Assembly: GCA_039621445.1 (NCBI GenBank)
Contig: CP154954.1
Coordinates: 14,116,387 to 14,180,386, forward strand
DNA length: 64,000 bases
Direction of reading: 5' to 3'
From: Euglena gracilis
Lineage: Eukaryota
In this document: piece after piece, positions 39,955 through 53,640 of the stretch
How positions within the stretch are numbered: position 1 is the stretch's first letter
Layout of the letters: each line of letters starts with the position of its first letter
Program-made: the position numbers and the translations under genes
Notes under the pieces: generated by a model
Database searches by the model: none
Told to the model about the DNA's origin: nothing
What the model saw: only the letters and a program-made list of their open reading frames with translations

Positions 39955-42900
39955 CCCAGCCACGATGCTTGGGATTTTTCTCCTAGTGTTCAGGCAGCCA
40001 GATTCCAAAGCCTCTTGTCAGGGGCCAACGTGGTGTGGAATCTCAAACCACCAAACCCAGGAATTTAAGGCATAGCAATGAAGGCATTACGTGCCTGGGC
40101 CTTGGAAAACTGAAACAACTGTACTAAAGTGTCAGCCACTTGATCAGTTGTGGCTTCAGGGGGGGTATCCCCACTTTGTCCAACATTACCCATAATAATG
40201 AAAAAGAACTCTGATAACGCTTTAAACTGGGGTTTCTCTCCAGGAAATCGTCAATGTATTTACTCTGTATTTGTTTCCCCTCCAATATTTTCCTGAGCAA
40301 ATCATACAAAGGAGGGGCCACCTGGGGGGTGGCATTTTATCCCCCCTGCAATTGGTGAACATGCCCTTGTAGGAGGTAATTTTCAGGCAAGGGGTTCCTG
40401 GCACTTTCATCTTTGTTAATTGAGGCCACCATGTGGCTGAATCCCAAAAGGGGGTGACCATAAAAACTGTTGTCTGTGGAAACATTGTCAATCGTGGGAG
40501 AAGTTTCTGAAAGATTGACCATGGGGGGTTTGCATAAAGATCACCCATGTTGTCCAGGGGACGTTGGAGGGCATCCACTGCTCTTGCCTCCCAGTGGGGC
40601 AGTCTGGCCACAAAATTGGACAATTTTTTGTTGCCTGGGGAGGCAAAAAAATATATTTCTATGTAACTTTCTATATCTTTTTATGAAATCTTTGAACCGC
40701 TGTCTTAACCATTGAAAAGGCTGGGGGTCCAGTGAGTAAACCTCCCTGTCTGACTCTAACCTGCTTATGGGGTCTGCCAAGCATTCTTGTGAAGGAACCC
40801 AGTTTACTTGTACATTCAAACTTTGTGCACCATTTCACAAATGGCCTTAGAAGGCTGTTGAAAGGGTCCTTTCTACCCCCCCTTTGTCAGGTAATAATAG
40901 ATTACCCGATTGTCCACTGAAACACTGTTTCCCCAGGTCTGATGAGAATTTTCACTGTGCTGATGGCTGCGCGTAATTATTTTATGTTGATATGCAAAAT
41001 GGAACTTTCTCTCCAACACTCCTGGACAATTTCTCCTGTGTGAATGTCCAGCCCCCCCCCAGGCATGGGTGCTCCCTTGTTGCATTTTGGGGGAAAGGTC
41101 TGCCCCCCCAGGTGTCCAGCAGATTTTGTTTTCCCTCAATTGGGCTTTTATGTCCTTTGAAATGGCATGCTTTGAAACCGATGGGGCTGCGGACTTGTTG
41201 ACCAAACTTTTTGTTAAGGAGCCTGTGAAAGCCCTTAAGAAGGACAGGGCCATGAGGTTGCACCTGACTTGGTCCAAAATCGCAGCTAACTGACTTTTCG
41301 ACATGACCTATTTTTTCACTATTTTTCCTAGCTCCTTTTTTTTAGTTTTCACCTTTTGGGGTTAATTTACAATTTTTCCTCTTGGAAATTTAACTGGAAG
41401 TCTAAATGGTTTACAACTTGTGTGGGTTCTAGGATTGATTTTCTGACATTTATTTTGAACCCTGGTTCGATTAGGTCTCTGACAACCTTGTTCAGGTGTT
41501 TTTGCAAAGTATTTTTTACTGGGAGAACCAAAAAAATGTCGTCCAGGTAAATAAAAACCTGGATTCACTTTTTCCTCCAACGTTTTTCGAATGTCTTCAT
41601 GACTAACAGAAAAATTCGTGGCATCACATCTACGCCAAAACAGCCTGCTTGGAACTCCCAAGTTTGTCCTCCCACCCGATGCCTTAGAAAAGGTTTTAAG
41701 GTTGGGTTCACAGGAATATGAAAACATTCGTCTTTCATGTCGATTTTGGCTGCCCATTGGCCCTTCTCCAAAACTGGGAAAATGTTTTGAATGTGATCTA
41801 ATTTGAAGGCTTTCACGAGAAATTGTTGGTTTATTTCCCTGCAGTCGCTTATGAATCTCCACTTCGTTTGCCCCTCCACTGGTTTTGAGATCGAGAACCA
41901 GGGAATTATATGCTGGGTTCCTAAATCCTGAACCCTCTTTATGGACCCTTATTTTTCGTAATCCAACAGGATTTTTTCTGCCTGGTTCAGGTCCAGGATG
42001 GCTCTGTTTTTTTTGGATTCGTGGACAATTTTCTGGGGTTGACCCAAGGAGGTTGAATACCATCTTTTATAAGTTGGCAGGTTGCTGGGGGCCTTTTTCT
42101 GCAAACATGTTAGACTTTTTTGCAGTCTCTGGTGTTGGGGGGTGTCTCCCCATTTTTGCCCCATGTAAATTATTTCCCCAATCAGTTCATTTTCTGGGGG
42201 TTGGGTGGGGGGTATTGGAAACTGCACCCCTGGTGCCCCTAGGGATTGAGCGTTCTGCAAGGGCTGCTGGGGTGGTGTGCATGCTCTGCTTACACGCTCT
42301 CTGATTCTCCACTTTGTCATTGGTGTTGTCAATTGACATTCCATAGGGGCCCCTTTTTGGGTCTCTCCCTGGCTTTGATTTGCCCCTGCCATGGGCATTG
42401 AAGAAGACTCTGGAGGGGGGGCTGCCCCGCTGTCCTCCACTGCCCCTTTTGGGGCATCCTCCTGGGGCTAGTACACTGAAACCAGTTGCCGTGGGACAAA
42501 CTTTTAATTTCTCGGGTTTCTCCCCTTCTGACAATTGATGGCCCCAATGGCCTTAAAATTGTTGATCTTGGGCCTGATGATGGCCCCAGTGGCCTTGATG
42601 AGAATAATTCTGGACCCAGTAGCCTTGGTAGCAATTATGGCCCCACTGGCCCTCTTGATTTTGAGCCCACTGGCCCTCTTGAAAATTTGACACTCTCCAT
42701 TGACTTGTCTTTGATCTGGGACGCCATGTCCATTGAAAATCTTTGAGGGCTTCTGTGGGCCACTCCTTTACCCCTGAAAGGTTTTGGGGCTGGAAATATT
42801 GAGGGTTTCTTTGGGCCCCACCCTTGACCCATGGGGGGTGATGTGAATGAGAAAGATTGGGGGTGTTGTGATTGACCTTTTCTGCCTCTCCCATGGGCTG

Positions 42901-43750
42901 TGAGGCCTTGGTACAGATGACCCCTTGGCCTTTTTTCTGGCGACTTTTTTAAATGTGGACGCCTTCGTGGCCGGCTGTGCCGTCATGGCCTGTGATGCCC
43001 TCATGGCCTGTGCAGTTTTGGCTGTCATAGCCCCGCTTGAAAGCATTGTGTGATTTGGATTGTTAGCTCCAATGACCCTGGCGCCAAAGGTCGTGTCTCC
43101 GCAGCCTTTGAGGTGCTGAGTGCACTGGATATCACCAGTTGTGCGCTGGCATGCCAAGACTGGGAGTTATCTTACCCTGCGTAATTAGGAACTCCCACCT
43201 GTATATTTTTTTTATACAGTGGCAATCAGCGTACTCCTTTGTCATGTTTGACTGTCCAAGTGATTTTGGATTGCTCTGCCCTCTGGTGTAACTTTGGAAT
43301 TTGAAGTGAGCTCCGCTGCAAGATGGTGAAAACGTCAAGGGCCAGAAGGGCTGAAGTGGAAGAAAAAGACTGGAGGCCCCCCAGGGGGAAATCGCCACAC
43401 ACCCGTTTCACAGACGCATTGGCCTGCTGGCTGCTTCTTCTGCTCCCTCCGGGGTCTTCTGACCACAGTCTGCCAAGTTCCGTGGTTGTAACTTGTGGGG
43501 GGGGTTGGATTATTGACATTTCTGATGGTTAAGGGGCAGCCACGGTTCGCAACGGTCAGTCCGCGCCATCAGGTTGTCCACCTGCTTCGGCTGCTTCCTC
43601 TTGAAGTTCTCCAGCGCTGTGCTTCTTTCAAATTGCATCTTTCATTGAACTTCTTCCAAAAAAACTCAACAATTTCTTCCTTTTTGTTCTGCACGAGCGT
43701 GTCTTTCCGGATAATTGAATTTAATTGAATTCACTTCTTCTTCTTCCAAG
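39955..43750 (-). mobile_element. Degenerate DIRS1-like retrotransposon (gag, RT, RNase H, Dam MTase, start of YR)
   Basis: KIDMKD..FHIP, FQAGCFG, YLDD (~41540), HAWGG and LYANPPWS; many frameshifts. Confidence 0.85.
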
Positions 43751-43779
43751 TGATCAGTCGTACTCACTCGAGGTAGACC

Positions 43780-46700
43780 AACAAGGGAGGAAGGGACACC
43801 GAGGGAGAAGCACAAATACCTTGTGAGGCCATGCCTTGCTCGCCGGCGGTGTTGTTTGGATTTTTTGCTGCGTTGAGTTAGGAGTCCCTACTTAGTGCCG
43901 CCTCGCCGGAGTTGGCTGACGATGCTGCTCCGACTTGGCGATGTGACTTCTTGCCACTGGGTGGGGGTCCCCCCCCCCCTTCCGCCCCCCTGGCCCCCAT
44001 TTTCTGACTGAGGGATTTTGAAGATAATTTTTCTTTTACGGGTGGTGGGGTCGGGCTCACAAGGTCTTATTGCCTCGCCCTCAGTGACCCTTACTCCCTG
44101 GTCGGTTTGCCTCGAGGGAGTACGAGACACCTCGGGCTCCGCACTTTGCCTTTGTGAGGCCTGATTGTGCACTGAAATTAGGGGGGCGTCAGCCACTTGG
44201 TCTGTGGTGGCTTCAGGGGGGGGCACCCCCATTTGCTCCAAAATTACCCACAGAAGTGCAAAAGCACTCTGATAGCGTTTTAAATTGGGGATTCTCCCCA
44301 GGAAATCGTCAATGTAATTACTCTGTATTTGTTTCCCCTCCAATATTTGCCTGAGCAAATTATACAAAGGAGGGGCCACCTGGGGGGTGGCATTTGTTCC
44401 TCCCTGCAATTTGGTGAACATACCGCTGTAGGGGGTGATTTTCAGGCAGGTGGTCCCCGGAGCTTTCATTTTTATTAATTGGGTCCACCATGTGGCTGAA
44501 TCCCAGTAGGGGGTGACCATCTAATCTTTGGTCTGGGGAAACACTTTCAACCGGGGAGAAAATTTTGAATTATTGACCAGGGATGTTTGCATAAAGATCC
44601 CCCATGTTGTCTAGTGGACATTGTAATGCATTTACTGCTGTGACATCCCAGTGGGGCCACCTGGCCACGAAATTGGGCAAGTTTTTGTTTCCTGGGGAGG
44701 CAAAAAAATCTGTTTCCAAATTGATGGATTTTTGGAGTTGCTGTCTGAGCCACTGAAAAAGTTGGGGGTGTAAGGAGTAATCCCCTTTCTCCGTTTCCCA
44801 TCTGCTTATGGGGTCTGCCAGCCATTCTTTTGAAGTCACCCAGTTCACTTGGAGGTTTACCTGGTGCTCTACGCACCATTTGAAAAATGGTCTTAGCACT
44901 GTATTGTAAGGGTCCTTTCTGCCCCCCCCCCCCCTTTGGTCAGGTAATTAGTAAATTACCTGGTTGTCTACGGACAAAGAAACTGTTTCCCCAGGTTTGC
45001 TCAAACTTTTCACAGTGCTGATAGCTGCACTGAGCTCCTTTGCTTTTATGTTTAAAATGGAGTATTTTCCAAAATTCCTGCACTAGTTCTCCTGTGTGGA
45101 TGTCCAGCCGCCCTCCCCCAGGCATGGGTGCTGCTGTCTGAGTGTAACTCCCTGGTTGTGTTTTGGGGGAAGGGTCTGCCTCCACAGGTGTCCAACACAA
45201 TTTTTATTTCCCTTAATTGGGCCTTGACTTCCTGGGAAATGGGGTGTTTTGAGTCCCAGGCGGCTGTTGACTTTCCCACCAAAAAAATTGCCAGGGTGTC
45301 CGTAAAAGCCCTTAAAAAGGGCATGGCCATTATATTGCGTCTTATTTGACCCAAAATGGCAGCCAACTGCCTTTTGGACATGTAATCTTTTTTCAAAATT
45401 TTTCCCAGTTCATTTTTTGATGGCTTTGACTTTCTTGGGGGGGGGCACCTGTAATTTCCTTCCTGGAAGTTTAGTTGAAAACCCAGATCGGTTACCACTT
45501 GTGTGTGCTGCAGGGTGGACTTTTTCACATTAATTTTGAACCCTGAATTCAGCAAATCTTTGACGACTCTTTTCAGGTGACTTTGTAAAATATTTTGGTG
45601 GGGGCCACCAGTAAAATGTCGTCCAGGTAAATAAACACCTGGATGCCTCTTTTTCTCCACAGTTTTTCGAATGTTTTCATTACTGACAGGAATATTTGGG
45701 GCATTACATTTCGCCCAAAGCAGCCTGTTTGAAATTCACAGGTCTGCCCCCCCACCTGATGCCTTAAAAATGGCCTTAGGCCTGGACTTAATGGAACATG
45801 AAAATAGTCATCTTTCAGGTCTATTTTTGCTGCCCAGTGGCCTTTTTCCAAAACTGGAAAAATGTGCTGGATATGATCCAGTTTGAAAGGTTTTACTCGA
45901 AACTGCTGATTTATTTCTCTGCGGTCGCTGATCATTCTCAATTTTGTTGTTCCCCCTTCTGGTTTCAGAAATTAGAAACCGTGGGATTATATGCTGGGTG
46001 TCTGAATGCGAAACTCGTTTTATCGACCCAGTTTTTTCGTAATCCAATAGGATTTTTTCTGCCTGGTTCAGGTCCAAGTTGGCTCTTGGTTTTGAGTAGG
46101 TAGAAAACTTGGGGGGATATACCCAATGGGGTTGAATTCATTTTTTATCAATTGACATGATCTTTTTAGACCTTTCTTAAGTTTCTGGTACAGGGAGGTA
46201 TCTCCCCATTTTTCCTCCGTGGAATTTATTTCCTGAATTATATTATTCTTTTGGGGCTGGGTGGGGGGTGTTGGACATTTCACAGCCCCTAGAGCCCTAA
46301 GGGCTTGAGCCCTTGGAAAAAGCAAATGTTCCTGGGGGGATGTGCATGCACTCTCCTCTCTTCTCACTCTCTCTCTGGAAGGTCTTGTTGTTGGAATACA
46401 TACCATAGGGCTTACTGCCCCTGTTTGGCCGATCTGGTGTGCTTGATGTTGATGGGGTTGGCCTACCATAGGGGGTCTCCGAGGGTCCCCCCCTTTTTGA
46501 TTGAATAAGTGCTGGCGAGGAGTCTCACCCTTCCTGTTGCCAGCTGGCCCCTGGGGGCCCATCTTCCTCCTGGGGCCGGGCAGGAGGCCCCCCATTTAAA
46601 TACAAAGCCCTTGCAGGGCTGTCCATTAGCTTCTGGGGGGCCTGTGAAGGACACCCCCTATGGCTTTTTTGTAGTTTATGATCTTCTTGTTGAACTTTCT

Positions 46701-47270
46701 GGCCCCAGTGGCCGTGATGTTAAAGGCTTCAATGGCCTGATTGGGTTCTGGGTCGCCATGCCCATTTGAAATCTTGAGGGGTTCTTTTGGCCCCATTCTT
46801 GACCCCTGGGTGGTGGTGTGATTGAGAAAGGATGGAGGTGGTGTGTCTGACCTATTCTGTCCCTGCCATGTCCTGTGGGGTCTGCTGGTGGCCTCCTTGG
46901 CCTTTTTTCCAGCGACTTTTGAAGCTAGTGATGCCTTCATGGCTGGTTGTGCCGTCATGGCCTTCATTGACTGTGCGGTTTTGGTTTCCATAGGCCCGCT
47001 TAAATGCATGGTGTGTTTTGAATCGTTGGCCCCATGGCCCTGGTACCAATGGCCGTAGTGGCCTGCTGGCTGTTGTCTCTGCCCATTGCGGGGTCTTCTG
47101 ACCACTGTCTGCCAGCGTCCGTGCCCATAACTTTGGGGGGTTTGGGTTGTGGAAGTTTCTTTTGGCGAATTTGTTTATGGGGAAGAGGCAGCCACAGTCG
47201 CCCGCGCCGTCAGGTGTTGTCCAGCTGCTGCTGCTTCTGCTGCTCCCTCTTGAAGTTCTCCAGCGCTGTT
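43780..47270 (-). mobile_element. Degenerate DIRS1-like copy with most of YR deleted; ICR and right end retained
   Basis: KIDLKDDYFHVP...IYLDDILL at 45573-45941, HSDSSTHAWG and DFFASPGN. ICR at ~44050-44165 and right end at ~43790-43850. Confidence 0.85.
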
Positions 47271-47274
47271 CTCG

Positions 47275-47960
47275 AACTCCCTCGAGGCATACCGAGTAGG
47301 GAGGAAGGGACACAGCGGGGGAAGCACAAAGACATTGTGAGGCCATGCCTTGCTCGCCGGCCGTTTGTTGTGAGTGCGCTGGGTTAGGGGGTCCCGCTTA
47401 GTGCCGCCTCGCCGGAGTTGGCTGCATTGTCTCCGACGTGGCGACCGTGGCGCTGTTTCTTCCCCCCCCCCCCAGCTCCCCCCCCCTGGCCCCCATCTTC
47501 TGATCGACGGTGTTTGAAGACAAATTTTGTTATATGGGTGGGGGGGGTCCCTTCCTCCCTTCTCGGTCTGCCTCGAGGGAGTACGAGACACCTCGGCCTC
47601 CGCACTTTGCCATTGTGAGGCCAGATTGTGCACTGAAAAAAGGGGGGCCAGGGCCCTATCCAAAGCACCTTGGGAACCAAGTCTTTGATAATGGGCTGTG
47701 AAAGCCTCCACCCCCTTCCACTGACCAATTTCACAAACTTCTTGGGAAGAAAGGCCCAATTTTTTGAGTAAACCAACTCCTGCCCCTCTGGTGGAGTGGG
47801 GTCCCCAAACCTGGGGGGGTACCCCCTGCTGGGCCAAAAAGTGTTCGGTTATCGAAGCAATGGTATCTGCCTTAATGGCTTTATAGGGGGGGTTTAACGT
47901 AATTAAAAGGGGGGCCCCAGGTTTCACAAGGAAACGTGTTGCTGCCACATAAGACCTCAT
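47275..47960 (-). mobile_element. DIRS right end with tyrosine recombinase C-terminus
   Basis: WGPHSTRGAG...IGQWKGVEAFTAHYQRLG (H-x-x-R, G-x-W, Y), followed by ICR/ITR motifs. Confidence 0.85.
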
Positions 47961-47964
47961 TCTA

Positions 47965-50900
47965 ATGAAAGGGAATTATTTGGGGGCACTGGCGAATAGA
48001 GACAACTCTCTCCCACTTATGGAGTTTTTGCCATTTACGTTTAATTTTGATGTAGGGTGCCCCCCCCAACACACTGATGGTTCTTTGGACCTGTGCCAAA
48101 TCAGATGATCTGTATAAACAGAGGATGTGTGAACAGAAAATGAGTTGTGTACGCAATGTACACATATCAGAGGGCAGGGGGGACCAGCCCTTGGTGGGCA
48201 CAGGAGGGGCCAGGGGGGCCCAAAATGCTCCACAATTGAACAACCACAGCCCACACATGTGGGGCATCTCCCCCAAAGGCGCCCAGTCGCCTAAACACAA
48301 ATTGGCCAAAGGATGGGAAGATGGAATCAAGGCCAAGGAGGTCAACGCTACAAGGGCCATGGGGTCCAGTTTTACAAGCAAATCCCCTCAGGAAGGGGCA
48401 GAAAAGGTCTGTCAAAACCCCCCAATTCATCTATCACAACAGCCCCTCTCAAGGGGAAAAGGGGGGGCCACAGCAGCCCCCCCAGATTTCAAGTGGGGTT
48501 GGAGGCCAAATCAAGGCCTGGAAGACCTACAGAGGGACTATGGAAAATTTTTTACACATGGAGACCTTGGAGACCAGCAGGGTGGACCCACAGTGGCCAC
48601 CAAGAAGCTAAGGGACATCATCCCCAACCAGCAGGGTGGACCCACATTGACCACCAAGAAGCTAAGAAAGCTGCTGGAGAAATCCCCCGAGGGACCCACA
48701 GAGGCCCTCTGCCAAAAAGGGGGGAAAGGGGACCCACTGTGGCCCCTTCAATGACCCAGCCTCAGGAGGAAACTGGACCCACAGTGGCCCTTTTGGAGGG
48801 AGGGGCAGAAACCCCTCCAACATTTATTTCTCAATTCCCGATCAGTCAATCAAGGGGGGGGGGACCCACAGAGGCCCCCCTATGGTATGTCAACCAACCA
48901 CATCAACATGGAGAAGACCAGATAGGCCAAACAGGGGCATTAAGCCCTATGGTATTTCTTCCAACAACAAGATCATCCAGAGAGGTGAGCAGAGAGGGAG
49001 AGAGTGCATGCACGTCCCCCCAGAAAAAATTCCTTTTTCCAAGGGCCCAAGCCCTAGGGGACCTAGGGGTGCAGTGTCCAACAGCCCCACCAGAATCATC
49101 TTATCCATAAAATAAATTAAATGGAGGAAATATGGGGAGACACCCCCCTCCATCAAAGGTTGCAAAAAAGCCTAAAAATGTACAACACCCCCAGCCCAGC
49201 CCCCCCCCCCCAAATCATCTCATCCAAGAAAGAACTTCCAGAGAGGAAAAATGGGGAGACACCCCCCTCCATCAAAGGCTGCAAAACAGCCTGAAATGGT
49301 GCACAAAACATCCCCCCCCCAACAACATGTCAACTCATCAGGGATGGCATTCAACCCCCCTGGGTCAGCCCACCAAAATTGTCCACACACCCAAAAATCA
49401 GAGCAAATTTGAACCTACCCCAAGCATAAAAAATTCCGCCAGATTACTACGAGAAATCCGGATCTGTAAAGAGTGTGAGGGATTCAACCACCCAGCACCT
49501 GATCCCTTGTTTCTGATTTCCAAACCAGAGGGGTGGGGGCAGACAAAATGGAGATTAATAAGCGATTGCAGGAAATAAATCAAAGGTTCCAAGTGAAACC
49601 TTTCAAGCTGGATCACATCCAGCACATTTTTCCAGTTTTGGAAAAAGGTCACTGGGCAGCAAAAATAGACCTGAAGGATGCCTATTTTCATATTCCAGTA
49701 AGTCCAGGCCTAAGGCCATTTTTAAGGCATCAGGTGGGGGGGGGGCAGACCTGGGATTTCCAGGCAGGCTGTTTTGGCCTGAATGTAATGCCCCAAATAT
49801 TACTGTCAGTAATGAAAACATTCGAAAAGCTGTGGAGGAAAAAGGGCATCCAGGTATTTATGTGCCTGGACGACATTTTACTGGTGGCCCCAAGACAAAT
49901 CATCTTACAAAATCACCTCAACACAGTGGTCAGGGGTTTAATTAAATCAGGACTCAAAATCAATCTAAAAACGTCCACCCTGCAGCCCACCCAAATCGTA
50001 AATCATCTTGGATTTCAACTAAACTTCCAAGAGGGAAAGTTACAGGTGCCCCCCAGAAAATAAAAACAGTAAAGAAGGAGCTGGGAAAAATATTAAAAAA
50101 AAGATTACATGTCCAAAAGGCAACTGGCTGCCATTTTGAGCCAAATCAGATGCAATCTAATGGCCATGCCCTTTCTAAGGGCCTTTACGGACGCCCTTGC
50201 AATTTTTTTGGTGGAAAATTCCACAGCCCCCTGGGACTCAAAACACCCCATTTATCAAAGAATAAGGACCGATTAAGAGAAATAAAAATTCTGCTGGACA
50301 CCTGGGGGGGCAGACCCTTCCCCCAAAGTGCAACCAGGGAGTTGCACTCAGACAGCAGTACCCATGCCTGGGGGGGCCTGGACATTCGAACAGGCAAAAT
50401 TGTGCAAGAATTTTGGGGGGAAAACTCCATTTTGCACAAAAATGTCAAAAAATTAAATGCAGCAATAAGCACAGTTCAAAGCCTCAGCCAGCCAGGGGAA
50501 ACTGTGTCCCTATCCGTGGACAATCAAGCAATTTAGTATTACTTAACAAATGGGGACGGCAGAAAGGACCCTTTCAATTCCATGCTAAGACCCTTCTTCA
50601 AATGTTGCATGGAACACAACATAAACCTGCAAGTAAAGTGGGTCTCCTCAAAAGAATGCCTGGCAGACCCCATAAACAGGTGGGAAATGGACAGGAGGGA
50701 TTACTCACTGGACCCCCAACTTTTTCAATGGCTGAGGCAGCAGTTCAAAAATTACATCAGACTAAATACAGACCTTTTTGCCTCACCAGGCAACAAAAAA
50801 ATGCCACAATTTGTGGCCAGGTGGCCCCACTGGGGAGCCACAGCAGTAGATGCATTACAATGTCCACTGGACAACATGGGGGATCTTTATGCAACCCCCC

Positions 50901-51480
50901 CCCCCCCTCGTCTGTAATCCAAAATTTTCTCCCCAGATTAAAAATGTTTCCACAGGCCAAAGTTTTGATGGTCACCCCCTACTGGGATTCGGCCACATGG
51001 TGGCCCCAGTTAATAAAAATGAAAGTTCCAGGGACCCCCCGCCTGAAAATCACCCCCTACATGAGTATGTTCACCAATTGCAGGGGGGAAAAAATGCTAC
51101 CCCCCAGGTGGCCCCTGCTTTGCATGATTTGCTCAGGCAAATTCTGGAGGGCAAACAAATACAAAATACAACCATTAACGATTTCCTGGGAAGAAACCCC
51201 AGCTTAAAGCGTTATCAAAGCGCTTTTACGCTTTTATTGGTAATTTTGGACAAAATGGGGGTACCCCCCCGTGAAGCCACCACTGACCAAGCGGTTGACG
51301 CTTTAATTCAACTGTTCGAATTTTCAAGTGCCCAAGCACGAAATGCATACAGTGCTATGCTTTTGATCCCTGGCTTTGGTGGCCTAAGGTTCCATGCCAT
51401 GTTGGCACCATTTAAAAGGTTTTGGAACCAAAACCTGGAGAAATATGGTGCATTCTGGGATCCCCGCCCAATCCTCCTGG
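47965..51480 (+). mobile_element. Degenerate DIRS1-like copy: gag, RT (49533-50063), RNase H, Dam MTase (50582-51100), YR N-terminus
   Basis: KIDLKDAYFHIP, CLDDILL, HSDSSTHAWGG, DLFASPGN and VTPYWDSATWWP. Confidence 0.85.
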
Positions 51481-52320
51481 GGGGCAAACTTTTGTCTTCT
51501 GGGCCTTCTGGCCACAGTGGTCCAAGGACCGTGGCCGTCACTGGGGGGGGGTTTGGGCTGGCAAATTTCAGGGGTGGGGGTCTGGGGGGAAAAAACGGCC
51601 ACGGTTTGCCGCGTGTTGGCCACATCTCCAAGTTCTCCAGCTTCTGCGGCCACGGCTCCAGGGCGTCCGTGGCCATGCAATTCCAATGTCTTCTCCACTG
51701 CATTGCTCATTGAAGGCAAAATTGAAAATTGATAATTGAATTCTCAATTGATATTCATCTGGTTCGTGTTCTTCTGGATATTGATTTGAGATTGACTTTT
51801 TTTTCTCGGTTCTTCTTCGTTCGTGAACTGTTTTCCGGTCTTCTGGGTGTCGAAGGGAAAGTTAGGAGTCAGCCAAACTCCGGCGAAAAAAGGCACTAAG
51901 CGGGACCCCCTAACCCAGCGCACCAAAACAATCACAACAAACGGCCGGCGAGCAAGGCATGGCCTCACAATGGCAAAGTGCGGAGCCCGTTGTGTCGTCT
52001 TGGACAGTGCATCTTTCATCGGAATTTTCAGAAACTTCAAAATTTCAGCTTTGGGCTTCTGCACGAGCGTCTTTTTTCTGTATATTTTGTGTTGATTGAT
52101 TGGCTCCTTCCTCTTCCAATTGACAAGCACTAAGGAAAACAAAATTAGGAGTCGGCCAACTCCGGCGAAGAAAGGCACTAAGCAAGCCTTCTAACCAAAT
52201 GCAGCAAACAATCCAAACAACACCGCCGGCGAGCAAGTCATGGCCTCACGAGGGCAATGTGCGGAGCCCGAGGTGTCGCCTCACTTCGCCCTCGGTGTCC
52301 CTTCCTCCCTTTGTGGGTGC
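51480..52320 (-). mobile_element. DIRS left ends (left ITR plus gag start), two fragments
   Basis: gcaaggcatggcctcacaatggcaaagtgcgg at 51952 and a variant at 52233; homologous to 20140-20420. Confidence 0.7.
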
Positions 52321-52939
52321 CGACAGCCCATTTCCGCCGCCAAAACGCAGTAAGGGGGGGGATGCGAAGAAAACCAAGGAACAACAGGCGGGAAGAAAAG
52401 CCCTATCAGGCCAAAGCGTGGAGCAAGGGTGCGGAGCAAGGGTGCGGAGCTCGGGGTGTCCCCCCGAGACAGAAAAGTCAACTGATGTCTTCTTTGCGGT
52501 TTTATGTCATTCGGCACCTGGCCAACCTTGGGTGTGGGTTGGGTGTGGGGACTTCAAGGCCATTTTTAGAATAATGAAACGAGAAATGAAATGTGCAAAA
52601 ACGGACGTTCCAACATAGTCAAATGGTTTTTCAGCGGTTGTTCCCCAACCTGCAACTCCAAAAGCAAAGTTCCCCAAAATTTTGTTGTTTTGGGAGCTCA
52701 GATGGGCTTGAGGCGAACCGCCAGGATGTTCAAACGTTGCGGAGATTGTGTAATTCGTCAAATGAAGTGGTCTGGATCACTTGGGCGGGCACATCTCCTG
52801 TGCATAGCCCTCCAGCTGCTTCACCTGCACCAGGTTGTTGTTGTACGCGTTGTCCTTCTGGCACCAGCCTTGCAAGGATCGATGCCGCTGCCAGGTGTGG
52901 TCTCATGGCTGGAGAGGCTGTGTACGAGGCTTTCTGGAG

Positions 52940-53640
52940 ATACAGGGGGGGGGGAAATTATGCGGTCTGGCAGGCGGGGAAAAAATGCGGAAATTATGCG
53001 GAAAAATGCGGAAAAATGCGGAAATTATGCGGAAATTATGCGGAAAAAAAATGCGGAAAATATGCGGAAAAATGCGGAAAATGCGGAAAATATGCCGAAA
53101 TTCTGTGGAGTCCCAGGTCACATGGAGAGGACAGACATATTTCTTCTAACTCACAATATGCAGGGTCCCGATGCTATTTGATTTCCATCGCCGAGTGGCG
53201 ACCGGGGTGGAAATCAGAAACAAAACACGTTCACGAAAAAAAGATGGCCCATGCGTCTTCCACCATTCAATTAACTCCTCTGGGCCGTCAATATCCCTTT
53301 TTGTGCATTGCAAATATTGTATGAAATCTTCATCACATCCGTCCAAACGCAACGCTGAGTAATCTGTGGGAGCTGATGACATAAAGGCAAATTATTTGGG
53401 AAATTATGCAAAAAAATGCGGTAATTATGCGGAAAAATGCGGAAAACGCAGGATAATGCGGAAATTATGCGGAAAAATGTGGGAAAATGCGGAAAAATGC
53501 GGAAAAAATGCGGTCAAATGCGAAAATGCGGAAAAACGCGGAAAATTTACAAAAAAAATGCGGAAAATATGCGGAAAAATGCGGAAAAATGCGGAATAAT
53601 GCGGAAATGCGGAAAAACTTAGGAGGCATAAATTGCCCAT
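52940..53640 (+). repeat. Two arrays of ~9-11-bp (A)AATGCGGAAA units, possibly a MITE or a subterminal array
   Basis: Arrays at ~52975-53100 and ~53400-53620. The block starts TA-CAGGG...aaattatgc and ends gcataaattgccc, a weak TIR. Confidence 0.8.

Noticed and set aside
40220-51100. Dam-like MTase in DIRS copies as a novelty
   Set aside because: This is an established feature of DIRS elements.
19971-52251. GGCCTCACAA core with swapped flanks as a novel site-specific recombination system
   Set aside because: The combinations are explained by the standard DIRS1 left ITR, right extension and ICR.
52777-52905. Minus-strand coding-like fragment (...KDNAYNNNLVQVKQLEGYAQEMCPPK*)
   Set aside because: About 44 codons with no recognisable domain or linked exons; insufficient support.
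52591-53640. ORFs with CGKCG/MRKNAE repeats
   Set aside because: They are translations of the ATGCGGAAAA tandem repeat.
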